A DNA stretch of 45,235 nucleotides from Chiloscyllium plagiosum (taxonomy: Eukaryota). Numbering within the stretch: the stretch's first letter is position 1; the number at the start of each line of letters is the position of its first letter. A program made the translations under genes and the position numbers. The notes below the pieces were generated by a model, which worked only from the letters and a program-made list of their open reading frames with translations, made no database searches and had not been told where the DNA came from. Where the stretch lies: positions 9,577,516 through 9,622,750 of the forward strand of contig NC_057754.1 of the NCBI RefSeq assembly GCF_004010195.1, in the 5' to 3' direction. Positions 1 through 11,525 of this stretch are shown piece after piece.

Positions 1-91
1 TTGACTTGTATTTTTATGGCTGCTTGTGCTTGTTCCTTTCTCAGTGGCAGGTTTCTCCCTATCTAGCCCTCTCAAGATTTTGAAAACATTT

Positions 92-295
92 TGTCATGAT
101 TGGAATCAGGTGGACCTCATAGAACATGAGTTCCCTGTTACTCTGGCGCAGTCAGGGAGCTCTGGTTGACAGATGTAAACAGGAGTGTCAGATATCCAGT
201 TCACTCTGAGAGCTGGTTCTGAGTGAGGCCAGTGTCACGTACTATGCACGTGTAAATAAAGGGTGACTTGGTGACAGGATACTAGTCTCTGTGGA
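92..295 (+). repeat. 5' LTR of Mag-like Gypsy element
   Basis: Starts TGTCATG. Blocks ATGAGTTCC, AGGGAGC.CTGG.TGACAG, GAGTGTCAG, TAAATAAAG.GTGA and CTGTGG recur in 6303-6527. Confidence 0.75.
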
Positions 296-443
296 TAGAA
301 ATGAAAATGCCCCGACAACATTTGCTTGCAATACTCAGAACTTAGTACGTTACAGTGCAGTTCAACCTCTTCAGCCCTCGATGTTGCGCCGACCTGTGAA
401 ACCAATCTGGTCTTTTTATGTTGGGGTAAGCATTTCTGGCATC

Positions 444-935
444 ATGCTGTTATTTGGGAAGCTTGGCTCTTTCAATCCTCCTGTTGAAGACTGGGCCCAG
501 TACATAGAAAGAATGCATTTTTATTTCTGGGCAAACAACATCGAAAATCAACGAGTAATTCTCCTGACACCTTGCGGACCCGCAGCCTTCTCGGTCATTA
601 GGCGCCTTACTTTTTCTGAGGCGCCAGATAATGAAACCTTTTAAGAGTTGATGGATTTAGTTAAGGAATATCATGAGCCCCAACCTCCTCTAATTCTGAG
701 GTGCTATCAGTTTTACTCGGCAATTAAAGAATCAGGGGAAAACTTGTTGAAGTTTTTGATGAGGTTAAGATGACTGGCAGAGGCATGTGACTTTGATTTA
801 ACCTTCAATGAGATGTATGTGGGATTGGTATGTGGGATTAAGTATGTAACCATGTAAGAGCACTTACTAGCTGAAGCCCAGTTGGACTTCAAACAGGCAC
901 TACAACTGCTCTCTCATTAGAAAATACAGCAGGTG
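444..935 (+). pseudogene. gag: Gypsy (Mag-like) gag remnant with stops and frameshifts
   Basis: MLLFGKLGSFNPPVEDWAQYIERMHFYFWANNI..., then FKELMDLVKEYHEPQP...LAEACDF in a shifted frame. Confidence 0.8.
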
Positions 936-947
936 GAGCATATTTTT

Positions 948-2262
948 AAAAAAATGATAGTAAGAAGCCCAGGGAACTGTAGACCAGTCAGCCTGACATC
1001 AGTGGTGGGCAAGTTGTTGGAGGGGATTCTGAGGGACAGGATTTCCATGTATTTGGAAAGGCAAGAACTGATTAGGGACAGTCAGCATGGCTTTGCATGT
1101 GGGAAATCGTGTCTAACTTGATTGAGTTTTTTGATAAAGAGGATTGATGAGGGCAGAGCAGTGGATGTTGTCTATGTGGACTTCAGTAAGGCCGTTCAAC
1201 ATGCTTCCACATGTAATTTGGTTAGCAAGGTTAGATCACACAGAATACAGGGAGAACTAGCCATTTACATACAAAATTGGCTCAAAAGTAGGAGACAGAG
1301 GGTGGTGGTGGAGGGTTACCTTTCTGACTCCAGTCTGTGACCAGCGGTGTGCCGCAGGATCAGTGCTAGCTCCACTGCCTTTTGTCATTTATATAAATGT
1401 TTTGGATGTGAACATAGGAGGTATGGTTATAAGTTTGCAGATAAAACCACAGTTGGTGGTGTAGTGGAGAGTGAAGGTTAGCTCAGAGTACAACGGGACC
1501 TTGATCAGATGAGCCAATAGGCTGAGGAGGGGCAGATGGAGTTTAATCAGGATAAATGTGAGGTGATGCATTTTGGAAAGGCAAATCAGGGCAGGGCTTA
1601 TACTCTTAATGGTAAGGTTCTGGGGAGTGTTGCCGAACAGAGACCTTGGAGTGCAGGTTCATAATTCCTTGAAAGTGGACTTGCAGGCAGACAGTGTAAT
1701 GAAGAAGGCCTTTACTGGTCAGAGCATCGAGTATCAGAGTTGGAATCCTGTGTTCAATTCTGGTCTCCCTCCTATAGGAAAGATGTTGTTCACCCAGAAA
1801 GGGTTCAGAAAAGATTAACAAGGATGTTGCCAGGGTCGGAGGGCTTGAGCGACAGGGAGAGGCTGAATAGGCTGGGGCTGTTTTCCCTGAGCATCAGAGG
1901 TTGAGAGATTTATAAAATCATGAGGGGCATGGATATAGTGAATAGACAAGCTCTCTTCCCAAAGGTAGAAGAATCTAAAACTGGAGGTCATAGGTTAAAG
2001 GTGAGAGGGGAAAATTTAAAAGGGGCCTAAGGGGCAACTATTTCATGCAGAGGGTGGTTGTATGTAGGAAGAGCTGCCAGAGGAAATGGTAGAGGCTGGT
2101 ACAATTACAACATTTAAAAGGCATCTGGATGGGTGTATGAATAGGAAGGGATGGGGGGATATGGGTCAAATGCGGACAAATGGGACTAGATTAATTTAGG
2201 ATATCTGATCGGCATGGATGAGTTGGGCTGTTTCTGTGCTGTACATCTCTATGACCTCTGTA
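948..2262 (+). mobile_element. 5'-truncated CR1 (HER1-like) LINE: RT to 3' tail
   Basis: [44 protein letters not shown]; ends in a CTCTATGA-type tail. Confidence 0.9.
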
Positions 2263-2494
2263 TGAGTTAAAGGATATACCGATGGAAGTGGACACCAGGC
2301 CGACTGAGTTTGGGAAAAACCACTTGAGTGAAGGCAATTGCATAGCACCACTCAGGACATACATTGAACAGAGGGACTTTAGGTCAGCCCCAAAAGACCC
2401 CAAAACAAAGCCAAGCCTTTGGCTAAAGGAGTTGGGAAGTCATGTTGAGGTTGCACAAGACAGTGGTGAGGCCTCCTGTGGAATAGTGTGTCCA

Positions 2495-3002
2495 GTTCCG
2501 GACACCCTGCTATACGAAGAATAAGCTGGAGAGGGTTCAGAAGAGATTACCAAGATGTTGCTGTGCATGGGACGTTTGAGTTATAAACAAAGGCTGGATA
2601 GGCTGGGATGTTTCTCACTGGAGCATAGGAGGTTGAGAGGTGACCTGATAGAGGTCTTTAAAATAATGAGGGGTATAGATAGAGTTAATGGTAGTTGTCT
2701 TCCTGCTAGGATGGGAAAATTTTAAGACACACTTTTAAGGTGAGAGGAGAAAGATTTTTTAAAAAATGAGGGCATTTTTTTTACATGGAATGTGGTTTGT
2801 GAGTGGAATAAAATCCTGAGGAAGTGGTGGACATGGGTACAATGGCAGTGTTTAAAAGTCATTTGGATAAGTACATGAATAGGAAAGGGTTTGGAGGGAT
2901 ATGGGCCAGGTAGGTGGGACTAGTTTTGTTTGGGATTGTGCTCGGCATGGACTGGTTGGACCAAAGGGTCTTTTTCTGTGATGTATGATTCTATGACTCT
3001 AT
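2495..3002 (+). mobile_element. CR1 LINE 3' fragment
   Basis: GAGAGGGTTCAGAAGAGATT...GAGAGGTGACCTGATAGAGG and tail GATTCTATGACTCTATA. Confidence 0.85.
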
Positions 3003-3199
3003 AAGCCTCATCCAAATGGTTGACAGTTTTTCAGGACTCAGGTCTGTAGTTCCTGCCACCATGCAGACTCAAGACAGCAAAAGAGTCCCACAAGACCTAA
3101 ATTTGAGTCAGAGAACTCAGAAACTGGTATTCAGGAGAGTGCACACCTTGGGAAGCTCATCTATATCTGATTTGGAACAGTTAAATTTCTGAGCAACAT

Positions 3200-3592
3200 C
3201 CAAATAAGAACCAATCAAAATAAGCATCTGGTTACACCGTCATCTGGTTCTAATGGAGGTTGATACCGGCGGCTCTGTCAGTGATTGCAGAACCAGTCCT
3301 CAACAAAATTCATTCTGGACTTCAACCCTTAAGGTCGAAGACCTTAGCGAGACTGAGAACCTATATCAGGGCACATTTACAGATTAAGATTACAACTTTG
3401 GTTCCGATCTCGTACGAGAAGCAACTGCTTCAGTTCCCACTGATTGTAGTAAAAGACTCAGGCCTGAGCTTGATGGGGTTAACTTGGTTCAGAAAGATTC
3501 ATCTTGATTGGCTCAATGTTTTTTAATGAGAAAATGACTGTCTGAGTGAAGTCCTAATTTAAATACCCGGACGTTTTTCAGGAAGGTCTGGG
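3200..3592 (+). pseudogene. pol: Gypsy aspartic protease remnant
   Basis: LVLMEVDTG active-site motif (GATACCGGC at 3262); LRTY...LIVVKDSGLSLMGLTWFRKIHLDW. Confidence 0.8.
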
Positions 3593-3594
3593 TT

Positions 3595-4800
3595 TTGTGT
3601 TGTTTAAGAATTGCTCTTTCAGTCACTAAGAGTTTCCTGGGGGTGGAAGAAGTCACTTTGGGTGTTTTACAGAGAGTAAGCAATGCGAGGTTTTTGGAAT
3701 CAGCAAACATGCTGGAGTTGGGGCTGCCTATGTCTGTGAGGAAAGGGGAGATAATTCAGACAATCACACAGCATTTACAATTGCCAGAAATGCCATTAGA
3801 ATCTTGGGAATTGGCTAAAATTCAATTGCATGTGAAACAGTTTGAATTATGATTAAAAGCAGAGGGAAAAGGAAAGGAAAGGAAGGCCCGAGGAGAAGAA
3901 AGGGAGAAAGAAAGAGAAGAAAGGGAGAGAGAGAGAAGAAAGGGAGAAAGAAAGAGTTTTTAAGCTTCAGAGGTTGGAAATGAAAACTGAAAAGTCAACT
4001 TACATTGGTGGAGGCAGAGGTAAAAAGTAGGAGTGATGGGGACTGTGATGACTGTCATCGCCCCAAAGACCTGGTGAGGATCTTTTTAAATATGTCTAAA
4101 CTTGACGAGAAGGATGCAGAATCCTTTTTCATTCAATTTGAGAAAGTGGCTAAACAAATGAAATGGCTCGTGACCACGTGGGTATTGTTGATTCAAACGA
4201 AATTGGGTTGATCCAAACAAAATTGCATCACAATTTGAGAAAGTATTTAGGAAGTATAATGAGGTGTAAAGTTAGAGAGTTTTGAGAAGATTTGTAGCTC
4301 AGGTTGAGGTTCTGGATGTAGGTTTGCTCGCTGAGCTGGAAGGTTCATTTTCAGATGTTTCATCACCATACTAGGTAACATCTTCAGTGAGCCTCCGGAC
4401 AAAACTCCATCTTAAGTGCATATGAACTAGGACCAGAAGCCTATAACAATGTTCAAGAATCTAAGGAGGGACTCTGGTCAAATGTACATGGAGTTTGAAA
4501 GGATCAAACAAAGTAATTTTGATCAGTGGATAAGGGCACTGAAAATATATCATACATATAATGCTTTTATAGGGACAATTATTTTACAGGAGTTCAAAAA
4601 TTCACTTCCTGAAGTACAGAGAACTCATGTGGAAAAGCAGAGAGCTAAGACTGCAAGATTGGCAGTGGAAATGACGATGATTCTGACGTCAATTTTAATC
4701 TCAAAGGGATAAATACTGGGGAAAAGAGAAATCCTCAGGTGGTAAGGGAAAATGCGATCTCATTGAAGATAGTAAGGGCAGTTTACCACAGGGTAAAAAA
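3595..4800 (+). mobile_element. gag: Nested gag of a second Gypsy lineage (Gmr1-like, SCAN-related capsid), decayed
   Basis: E/R-rich coiled coil (3870-3955); LDEKDAESFFIQFEKVAKQMKW...WVLLIQTKLG; ILSAYEL.PEAY..FKNLRR...FDQWIR; LQEFKNSLPE. Confidence 0.7.
4276..4400 (-). mobile_element. Penelope terminal-repeat fragment (family B) with hammerhead motif
   Basis: Minus strand 4387-4354 reads CTGAAGA TGTTACC TAGTAT GGTGAT GAAA CATC. Homologous to 15190-15468 and 35045-35130. Confidence 0.8.
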
Positions 4801-4911
4801 AAAACAATTGACTTAACTGCAACGCTATCAAAATATTTAATAAAATAATAGATATATTCACTACTGCTAATTAACTACTCCAGTCTAGTAACATCCCATG
4901 AACATCCCATA

Positions 4912-5598
4912 GTTCCTTGAAAGTAGCGTTACAGGTAGATAGAATAGTGAAGGAGGCGTTTGGTATGCTTTCCTTTATTGGTCAGAATATTGAGTGTAGG
5001 AGTTGGGAGGTCACGTTGCAGCTGTACAGGATGTTGGTTAGGCCGCTTTTGGAATATTGTATGCAATTCTGGTCTCCTTCCTATCGGAAGGAAGTTGTGA
5101 AATTTGAAAGGGTTCAGAATAGATTTACAAGGATATTGGCAAGGTTGGAGGGTTTGAGCTACAGGGAGAAGCTGAATAAATTGGGGCTGTTTTCCCTGGA
5201 GCATCGGAGGCTGAGGGGTGACCTTAAAGAGATTTTGTCGAATCATGAGGGGCATAAATAGGATAAATAGACGAGTTCTTTTCCCGGGGTGTGGGAGTCC
5301 AGAACTAGAGGGCATAGGTTTAGGGTGAGAGGGGAAAGATATAAAAAAGATCTCAGGGTCAACCTTTTCACAGAGAGGGTGGTGCGTAATTGGAATGAGC
5401 TGCCAGAGGAAATGGTGGAGGCTGGTACAATTACAACATTTAAAAGGCATCTAGATGGATATATGAATAGGAAGGGTTTGGCTAGATATGGGCCAAGTGC
5501 TAACAAATGGGACTCAAGTAGGTTGGGATATCTGGTTGACATAGATAAGTTGGACCGAAGGGCCTGTTTCCGTGCGGTATGTCTCTGTGATTCTATAA
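4912..5598 (+). mobile_element. CR1 LINE 3' portion
   Basis: QLYRMLVRPLLEYCMQFWSPSYRK...LFSLEHRRLRGDL; tail GATTCTATA. Confidence 0.92.
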
Positions 5599-5789
5599 CA
5601 CCCCAGCAACTGCTATTAAAAAATTAAAATTAAAACTAAAAGTCCTGGCTCAGGGGAGTTTGATCCCATCCATTGAGGCTTCTTTTATTGTTCCAACCTC
5701 AGAAAAAACTTTTACTCTTTAGGTTATTGGATTCAAACAGACAGCTCTTCAAAAGAAAACAGGACAAAATACACCTCTGAAACCCATAG

Positions 5790-5975
5790 TATCATCATTG
5801 GAGCCAAGGACACCTTACATGTAAGCCAGGAAGCATTCCCATGATTCTGCAAGGCCTGCCCAATGCCATTTGCTTTCCATACAAAAGTAGAGGCAGAAAT
5901 CAGGAGGGTGGAAAGCAAAGAGATCATCAAACCAGTCCAATTTGTAGAATGGCAGCACCATTTGCACCTATGCTG
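5790..5975 (+). pseudogene. pol: Gypsy RT N-terminal remnant (resumes the Mag-like pol)
   Basis: FCKACPMPFAFHTKVEAEIRRVESKEIIKPVQFVEW(AAP). Confidence 0.75.
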
Positions 5976-6165
5976 ACAGGGTGATTTGGATCATTTCAAT
6001 GATTTTAATATTATCAAAATACTAAATTCAAATTTGATTGGATTGTGGTATCTTGGGGTATAATTTAAACTGATTGGTTAAATTTGAATTTGTTTTTATG
6101 CTCCATAGCAACACAGCTGTACTATTGGTTTCAACCAAGTGTTACATTGTTACCTTGTTCACTCT
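5976..6165 (-). repeat. LTR fragment related to the solo LTR at 36301-36989
   Basis: Shares TTGATTGGA...TAATTTAAACTGATTGG...AATTTGTTTTT...TGTTACATTGTTACC with 36790-36910. Confidence 0.6.
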
Positions 6166-6302
6166 GGGCACAAGAGGCGGGTTATGGTCCAGTACACACT
6201 GTTGAGGCTGAGTCAGAGGAACCGGATCCAGTGCAAAAATGCCTAGGAGAAGTGACAAGAAAAAGAATAACACCACGTTTGTGGGACTTAGAGGGGGAGG
6301 GA

Positions 6303-6527
6303 TACAGTGATTGTAGCTAGATCATCCATGTGTATTTCCTAGTAAATGAGTTCCATGATTGGGGCTGTTAACTCGGTCCAGTTAGGGAGCCCTGGCTGAC
6401 AGCTATATATGAGAGTGTCAGGATCTGAGAGTTGAGTCTGAGGGAGGCAGAACAGTGTCAAGCACGCTGAACACATAAATAAAGAGTGATTTGTTGATAG
6501 AATACTGGCGTCTGTGGTGTTATTTCA
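6303..6527 (+). repeat. 3' LTR of Mag-like Gypsy element
   Basis: Follows the PPT, contains AATAAA, ends TATTTCA, and is homologous to 92-295. Confidence 0.75.
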
Positions 6528-6639
6528 CCTTTAATAGCTCTCTTGCCTTCTCTCTCTAAGGAGAATAGCCTCAACTGCTTCAATCCATCCTCGTAACTGC
6601 TGTTCATCACCTCTGGAAGCCGAGACTGGGTTCAGTTCC

Positions 6640-6900
6640 CGTAATGGACTCCGCAATTCCCACAAGCCCCTTCGTCAGGGAATCCGCTCAATGGACCGTG
6701 TAAACGAATGCGCATGCGCTTAGGCGAAAGAATTACGCACGTGCAGAAGAAGGTTCATCCTCCTTTGTGGATGGCGGGAGATTGACCAATGGACTGTGCT
6801 GGAGGACCGGAAGAAGGCTGGTCCTCCACCCAATCAGAGCTTCCTCATTGTCTGAATGCGGATGTTACAGTTTGAGCTTCTGAAGCTGCTCTTTCCAGCC
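6640..6900 (+). promoter_or_regulatory. CpG-containing promoter, probably of ZNF gene 1
   Basis: ZNF143/SBS-like GCAATTCCCACAAGCCC (~6653-6669), NRF1 TGCGCATGCGC 6709-6719, E-box CACGTG 6738-6743, CCAAT at 6786 and 6830, ETS CCGGAAG 6807-6813. Confidence 0.7.
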
Positions 6901-6966
6901 CGGTTAAAGTGCTTCTGTTCTCTCTGAATGAAGATTGAGTGAAACCTCCTCCTCCGGCCAACATCT
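6860..6966 (+). other. Putative non-coding first exon of ZNF gene 1 (start approximate)
   Basis: Lies just downstream of the promoter motifs and ends at a donor CATCT|GTGAGC (6967). Candidate partner acceptor at 13684. Confidence 0.45.
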
Positions 6967-7097
6967 GTGAGCAAAACATTTTCTTTTTTCCTCATTTCCG
7001 TTTATTTTCAGATTCGGAGCTTAAATTGTTGACCTGCAGGAACTGAAGGGAAACTTAAGTGGAATCTGAAGAGAATGCAGACACTGGAAGGGGTTGG

Positions 7098-7393
7098 CCC
7101 ATGGGGTGTCACTGGCTGGACCTCCACTTAGTGACTAACCGTTGAGAAGGTGGTGGTGAGCTGCTTTCTTCAAACCCTGCACTCCATTTGGTGTAAGTAG
7201 ATTCACAATACAGATACAGAGCAAGTTCCTGAACTTTCACCAAGCAACAGTGAAGGAATGATGACAATTTCCCGAGTCAGGGTTGTAAGTGACTTGGAAG
7301 TGGTGTTGTTCCTATGTAATTGATGTCCTTGCCCTTCTAAGTAAAAGTGGCTGTGAATTTGGAGGGTGCTGTTCAAAGAATCTTGGTGAATTT
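7098..7393 (-). mobile_element. 3' UTR of a non-LTR retrotransposon (same family as 15905-17665 and 34930-35030)
   Basis: TTGAGAAGGTGGTGGTGAGCTGC...GTGAAGGAATG...GGTGCTG..AAGAATCTTGGTGAATTT matches 16190-16450. Confidence 0.7.
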
Positions 7394-8377
7394 AGTAAGA
7401 CTGTAAGAAATAGAAACAGGATTCCCCTACTGATCAAGAATGTACCTCAGTCCTAAATATACACAAAACGGTGGCCCCTGTGGCAAAGAGCTCCAAAGAT
7501 ACTCAACCTGCTGAGAGAAGAAGTTCCTCCTCATCTCAATCTTAAATTGGCAGCCATTAATTCTGAGACTGTACACTCTGGTCTTAGACCAGAGGTGAAA
7601 CATCGTTTCAGCATTAACCTGTCAAAATCTTCAGTCTCGTAAATGTCTTGCCTCTCATTCTTCTAAACTCCACTGAGTCAAGTCCCAACTTGTTCAACCT
7701 TTACTCATAAGAAAATCCCTCCTCACTGGGAATCATCCTAGTGAACCTTGTCTGGACCGCCTGCAATTAAAAAATATTTTTTCTTCAATAAGGGAACAAA
7801 AACTGCTCTCTGTTCTCCAGGTGTGATCTCACCAGCACCTTGTACAGTTACAAGACTTCGGTTGAAATAAGGGACAGCATTCCGTTAGCCTTCATGATTA
7901 CCGGCTGCACATTTGTGAGTGCTTTGTTTCATGCACAAGTCCCTCCAAGTCCATTTGTGTTGTTGTTTTCTGTAGGTCTTCACCATTTAAATAGTGCTGT
8001 TCTTTTGCGTTCCCTTCCAAAATGAACAACTTCACATTTTCCCACATTATAATCCATTTCCCAAATTTTTCCCCACTTAGGTTTAACCTATCAATAGCTC
8101 TCTGTAAATCATTTGTATTACTTTTGCGTTCGCCCTTTCTGGATGATTTTGTGTCATCTGCAAGTTTAGCCACAATATATTCACTTCCTTTCTCCAAGTC
8201 ATTAATCTATATTGTAAACAGTTGCAGTCCCAGCACTGAACCCTGTGGAACCTCACTGGCCACAGATCGCCTAAAACAAAATTCCTTAACCCTATTTGCT
8301 CTTTGTTGCCTGTTAACTAATTCTCTATCCATGCCAATATATTACCTCCAACACCATGGGCTCTTATGTTACGAATG

Positions 8378-8577
8378 AAAATAGAAATTGCTGGTAAAAC
8401 TCTGCAGGTCTGGCAGCATCTGTGGAGAGAAATCAAAGTTAACATTTCCAGTTCAGTGACTGTTCAGACTGAAGAACTGGACCAAAAACGTTAACTCTGC
8501 TTTCTTTCCACAGACCTGCTGAGTTTTCACAGCAATTTCTGTTTTTGTTTCTGATTTCCAGCATCCGCAGTTCTTTT
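8378..8577. mobile_element. Fold-back PLE terminal-repeat element (family C) with degenerate hammerhead
   Basis: Inverted arms AGAAATTGCTG...GCAGGTCTG...GTTAAC and GTTAAC...CAGACCTGC...CAGCAATTTCT. Centre TTCAG-A-CTGAA(GA) at 8463-8475. Confidence 0.8.
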
Positions 8578-8719
8578 AGGGTTTTTTTCATGACTTAACC
8601 GCTCGTGAAGTACTCTATCAAGCACCTTCTGGAAGTCCCAATACAATATAGCTACTGATTGATTTGGTGTCACGTGTATCCAAGAATAGTGAAAAGATTT
8701 GTTTATGATCAATACAGGC

Positions 8720-10350
8720 AGATCAGAGTAAGCAAGGAAGTACAAATCAAAAAGACTTAGAGACATACAAGTTCCATTGCACTAGGCAAGATCAACGTTA
8801 GCAAGATCAGCATTAGTTGAGGGTAGAGAGTCCATTCATCAGCCAGGAGGAAGCTGTTCCTGAACCTGCTGGTGCATGTGTTCAGGCTTCGGTATCTTCT
8901 GCCTGACAGAAGAGGTTGTAGGAGATTATTACTGGGGTGCTATGGATCCTTGATTATGTTGGCAGCCTTTCTGCGTCAGTGAGCCGTGTAAACGGAGTCC
9001 ATGGATGGAAGGTTGGCTTCTGTGATGGTCTGGGCTGTGCACATCACCTTGTGTAGTTTCTTATGGTCCGGGGCAGAGTAGTTGCCGTACCAGGCCACTA
9101 TGCACCCGGACCGTATGTTTTTAATGGTGCATCTGTGGAAGTTGTTGAGGGTTCTTATGGACGTGCCAAATTTCCTGAGCTGCCCAACAGGAGCCTTTGT
9201 GCCTTCTTGACCGTTGCATCTATGTGGCAAGTCCAGGACAGGTCCTTGGTTATTGTCTCTCCAAGGTCTTTACCTCTCAACCTCCATTCTGTTGATGTGT
9301 GTGCGGGCATGTTTTCCTCCTTTCTTTCTGAAGTCAATGATCAGTTCTTTAGTTTTGCTGATGTTGAGAGAGCAGTAATTCTCATTGCACTATCTCCCTC
9401 TATTTCCCTTCTGTATTTTGACTTATCATTGTTAGGCACCTGCCCTGTTACAATGGTGTTGTCAGCGAACTCGCACATAGCGTTCGTTCAGAATTTGGCA
9501 ATACAGTCGTGGGTATATAGGGAGTGCTGTAAGGGGCTGAGGTTGCATCCTTGGGGGGGGCTCCAATGTTGTGGAGGAGGTATAGTTACCCATGTTCACT
9601 GATTGCAGTCTGTGGGTCAGAAAGCTGAGGATCAAGTTGCAGAGGGCAGAACCGAGACCAGTCAGAGTTTTGAGATCAGTGGAGGAGATAATGGTGTTGA
9701 AGGCGGATCTCTAGCCAATGAGCAGGTGTTTAACATAGGTGTCCTTGTTGTCCAGGTGTTCCAGGGATGATTGTAGGGAGAGGGATACAGCATCTACTGT
9801 GGACCTGTTACATAAATAAGGAAATTGTAGGGGATCGAGACAGGCTGGGAGACTAGAGTTGATGTGGGCCGTGACCAGCCTCTCGAGATACTTCATGATT
9901 ATTGAGGTCAGAGTCACTGGCCAGTGGTCATTAAGGCATGCTGCATGTGCTTTCTTGGGTACGGAGATGATGGTGGTCTTCTCGAAGCAGGCGGGGACTT
10001 CGGCTTGTAGGAGGGAGGTTGAAGATGTCAGTGAATACCTCTACCAGCTGGTCCACACAGGATCTGAATGCTCGGCTGGGGGGTCCGTCGAGGCTTGTCC
10101 CTTTCCTTGGGTTGATTCCCAGGAAGACCGACCTGATGTCTGGTGACGGAGGGATACTGTGTCCGGTACTGTCGAGGCAGGCATCACCGCGCCGCTGGCA
10201 TTCTGCTGAAACCGAACATAGAAAGCACTGAGCACGTCAGGGAAGGATGTGTATTAGTCTGCTACCTTCCATGCTTCATTTTCTATCCCATACTGTTGTT
10301 TAGGCATTGCCATAGATGCCGGGAGTCTGTTTGGTAGGTATGGGCCTCTA
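8720..10350 (-). mobile_element. Rex1/Babar-type non-LTR retrotransposon, decayed
   Basis: TLTSIIMKYLERLV..HI..SLP..LDPLQF.Y..NRSTVDA...LEHLDNKDTYV; KDLSWTCHIDATVKKAQ; GCIVAWYGN.SA.D.KKL. Confidence 0.85.
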
Positions 10351-10359
10351 CCTTGGTCC

Positions 10360-11525
10360 AGTTCTCCAATCGGAGGTTGAACAATTCATCAGCTTCACCA
10401 ACACATTCCACCCTGACCTTAAATTCATCTGGAGCATCTCAGACACCTCCTTCCCCTTCCTAGACTTCTCCATCTCCATCAACGGTGACCGACTCAACGT
10501 TGACATTTTCTACCGACCCACCGACTCCCACAGTGACCTGGATTATACCTCCTCCCATCCTGACTACTGTAAAAATGCTATCTCGTATTCCCAATTCCTC
10601 CGCCTCCGCCACATCTGCTCCCAGGAGGACCTGTTCCACCACAGAACACACCAAATTGCCTCCTTCTTTAAAGACAGCAATTTCCCCTCCCACGTGGTTG
10701 ATGATGCCCTCCAGCGCATCTCTTCCACTTCCCACACCTCCGCCCTCGAAAACCACCCCTCCAAACGCAACAAGAACAGAACCCCCCGGTCCTCACNNNN
10801 NNNNNNNNNNNNNNNNNNNNNNNNNNNNNNNNNNNNNNNNNNNNNNNNNNNNNNNNNNNNNNNNNNNNNNNNNNNNNNNNNNNNNNNNNNNNNNNNNNNN
10901 NNNNNNNNNNNNNNNNNNNNNNNNNNNNNNNNNNNNNNNNNNNNNNNNNNNNNNNNNNNNNNNNNNNNNNNNNNNNNNNNNNNNNNNNNNNNNNNNNNNN
11001 NNNNNNNNNNNNNNNNNNNNNNNNNNNNNNNNNNNNNNNNNNNNNNNNNNNNNNNNNNNNNNNNNNNNNNNNNNNNNNNNNNNNNNNNNNNNNNNNNNNN
11101 NNNNNNNNNNNNNNNNNNNNNNNNNNNNNNNNNNNNNNNNNNNNNNNNNNNNNNNNNNNNNNNNNNNNNNNNNNNNNNNNNNNNNNNNNNNNNNNNNNNN
11201 NNNNNNNNNNNNNNNNNNNNNNNNNNNNNNNNNNNNNNNNNNNNNNNNNNNNNNNNNNNNNNNNNNNNNNNNNNNNNNNNNNNNNNNNNNNNNNNNNNNN
11301 NNNNNNACAATCCCACTCTTGGCTGCCTTTCCCCCCCCCTCCCAGGCCCACCACCGCCCCCTCCCCATTTATCTCTCTCCACCCCTGAGGCTCCCAGCGT
11401 CATGATGAAGGGCTTTTGCTCGAAATGTCGACTCTCCTGCTCCTTAGGTGCCTCCTAACCTGCTGTGCTTTCCAGCACCACACACTCGACTCTAATCTCC
11501 AGCATCTGCAGTCCTCGCTTTCACC
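10360..11525 (+). mobile_element. Penelope-like element: RT C-terminus, assembly gap, 3' terminal repeat with hammerhead-like motif (family A)
   Basis: FPFLDFSISI...DIFYRPTDSHSDLDYTSSHP..CKNAISYSQFLRLRHICS (PLE RT/thumb). 3' end has ATGATGA AGGGC TTTT GCTC GAAA TGTC (11402-11429) then ...CATCTGCAGTCCTCGCTTTCACC. Confidence 0.88.
10797..11306. other. Assembly gap (510 N)
   Basis: Run of N inside the Penelope element. Confidence 0.99.

Larger units (their letters stand above)
92..6527 (+). mobile_element. Decayed Ty3/Gypsy (Mag-like) LTR retrotransposon carrying several nested insertions
   Basis: Two related LTRs (92-~295 and 6303-6527). Polypurine tract GAGGGGGAGGGA at 6291-6302. Gag, protease and RT remnants in the expected order. 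Flanks CATTT (87-91) and CCTTT (6528-6532) form a 4/5 TSD, and both outer flanks look like one old minus-strand CR1 3' end. Confidence 0.8.

Noticed and set aside
6967..7011. 45-nt intron between GTGAGC (6967) and TTTTCAG (7011)
   Set aside because: Too short for a typical vertebrate intron; the distal acceptor at 13684 is more plausible.
10316..11458. Long ORFs of 190-380 aa in several frames
   Set aside because: Their length comes from reading through the 510-N gap; only the PLE RT portion before the gap is meaningful.
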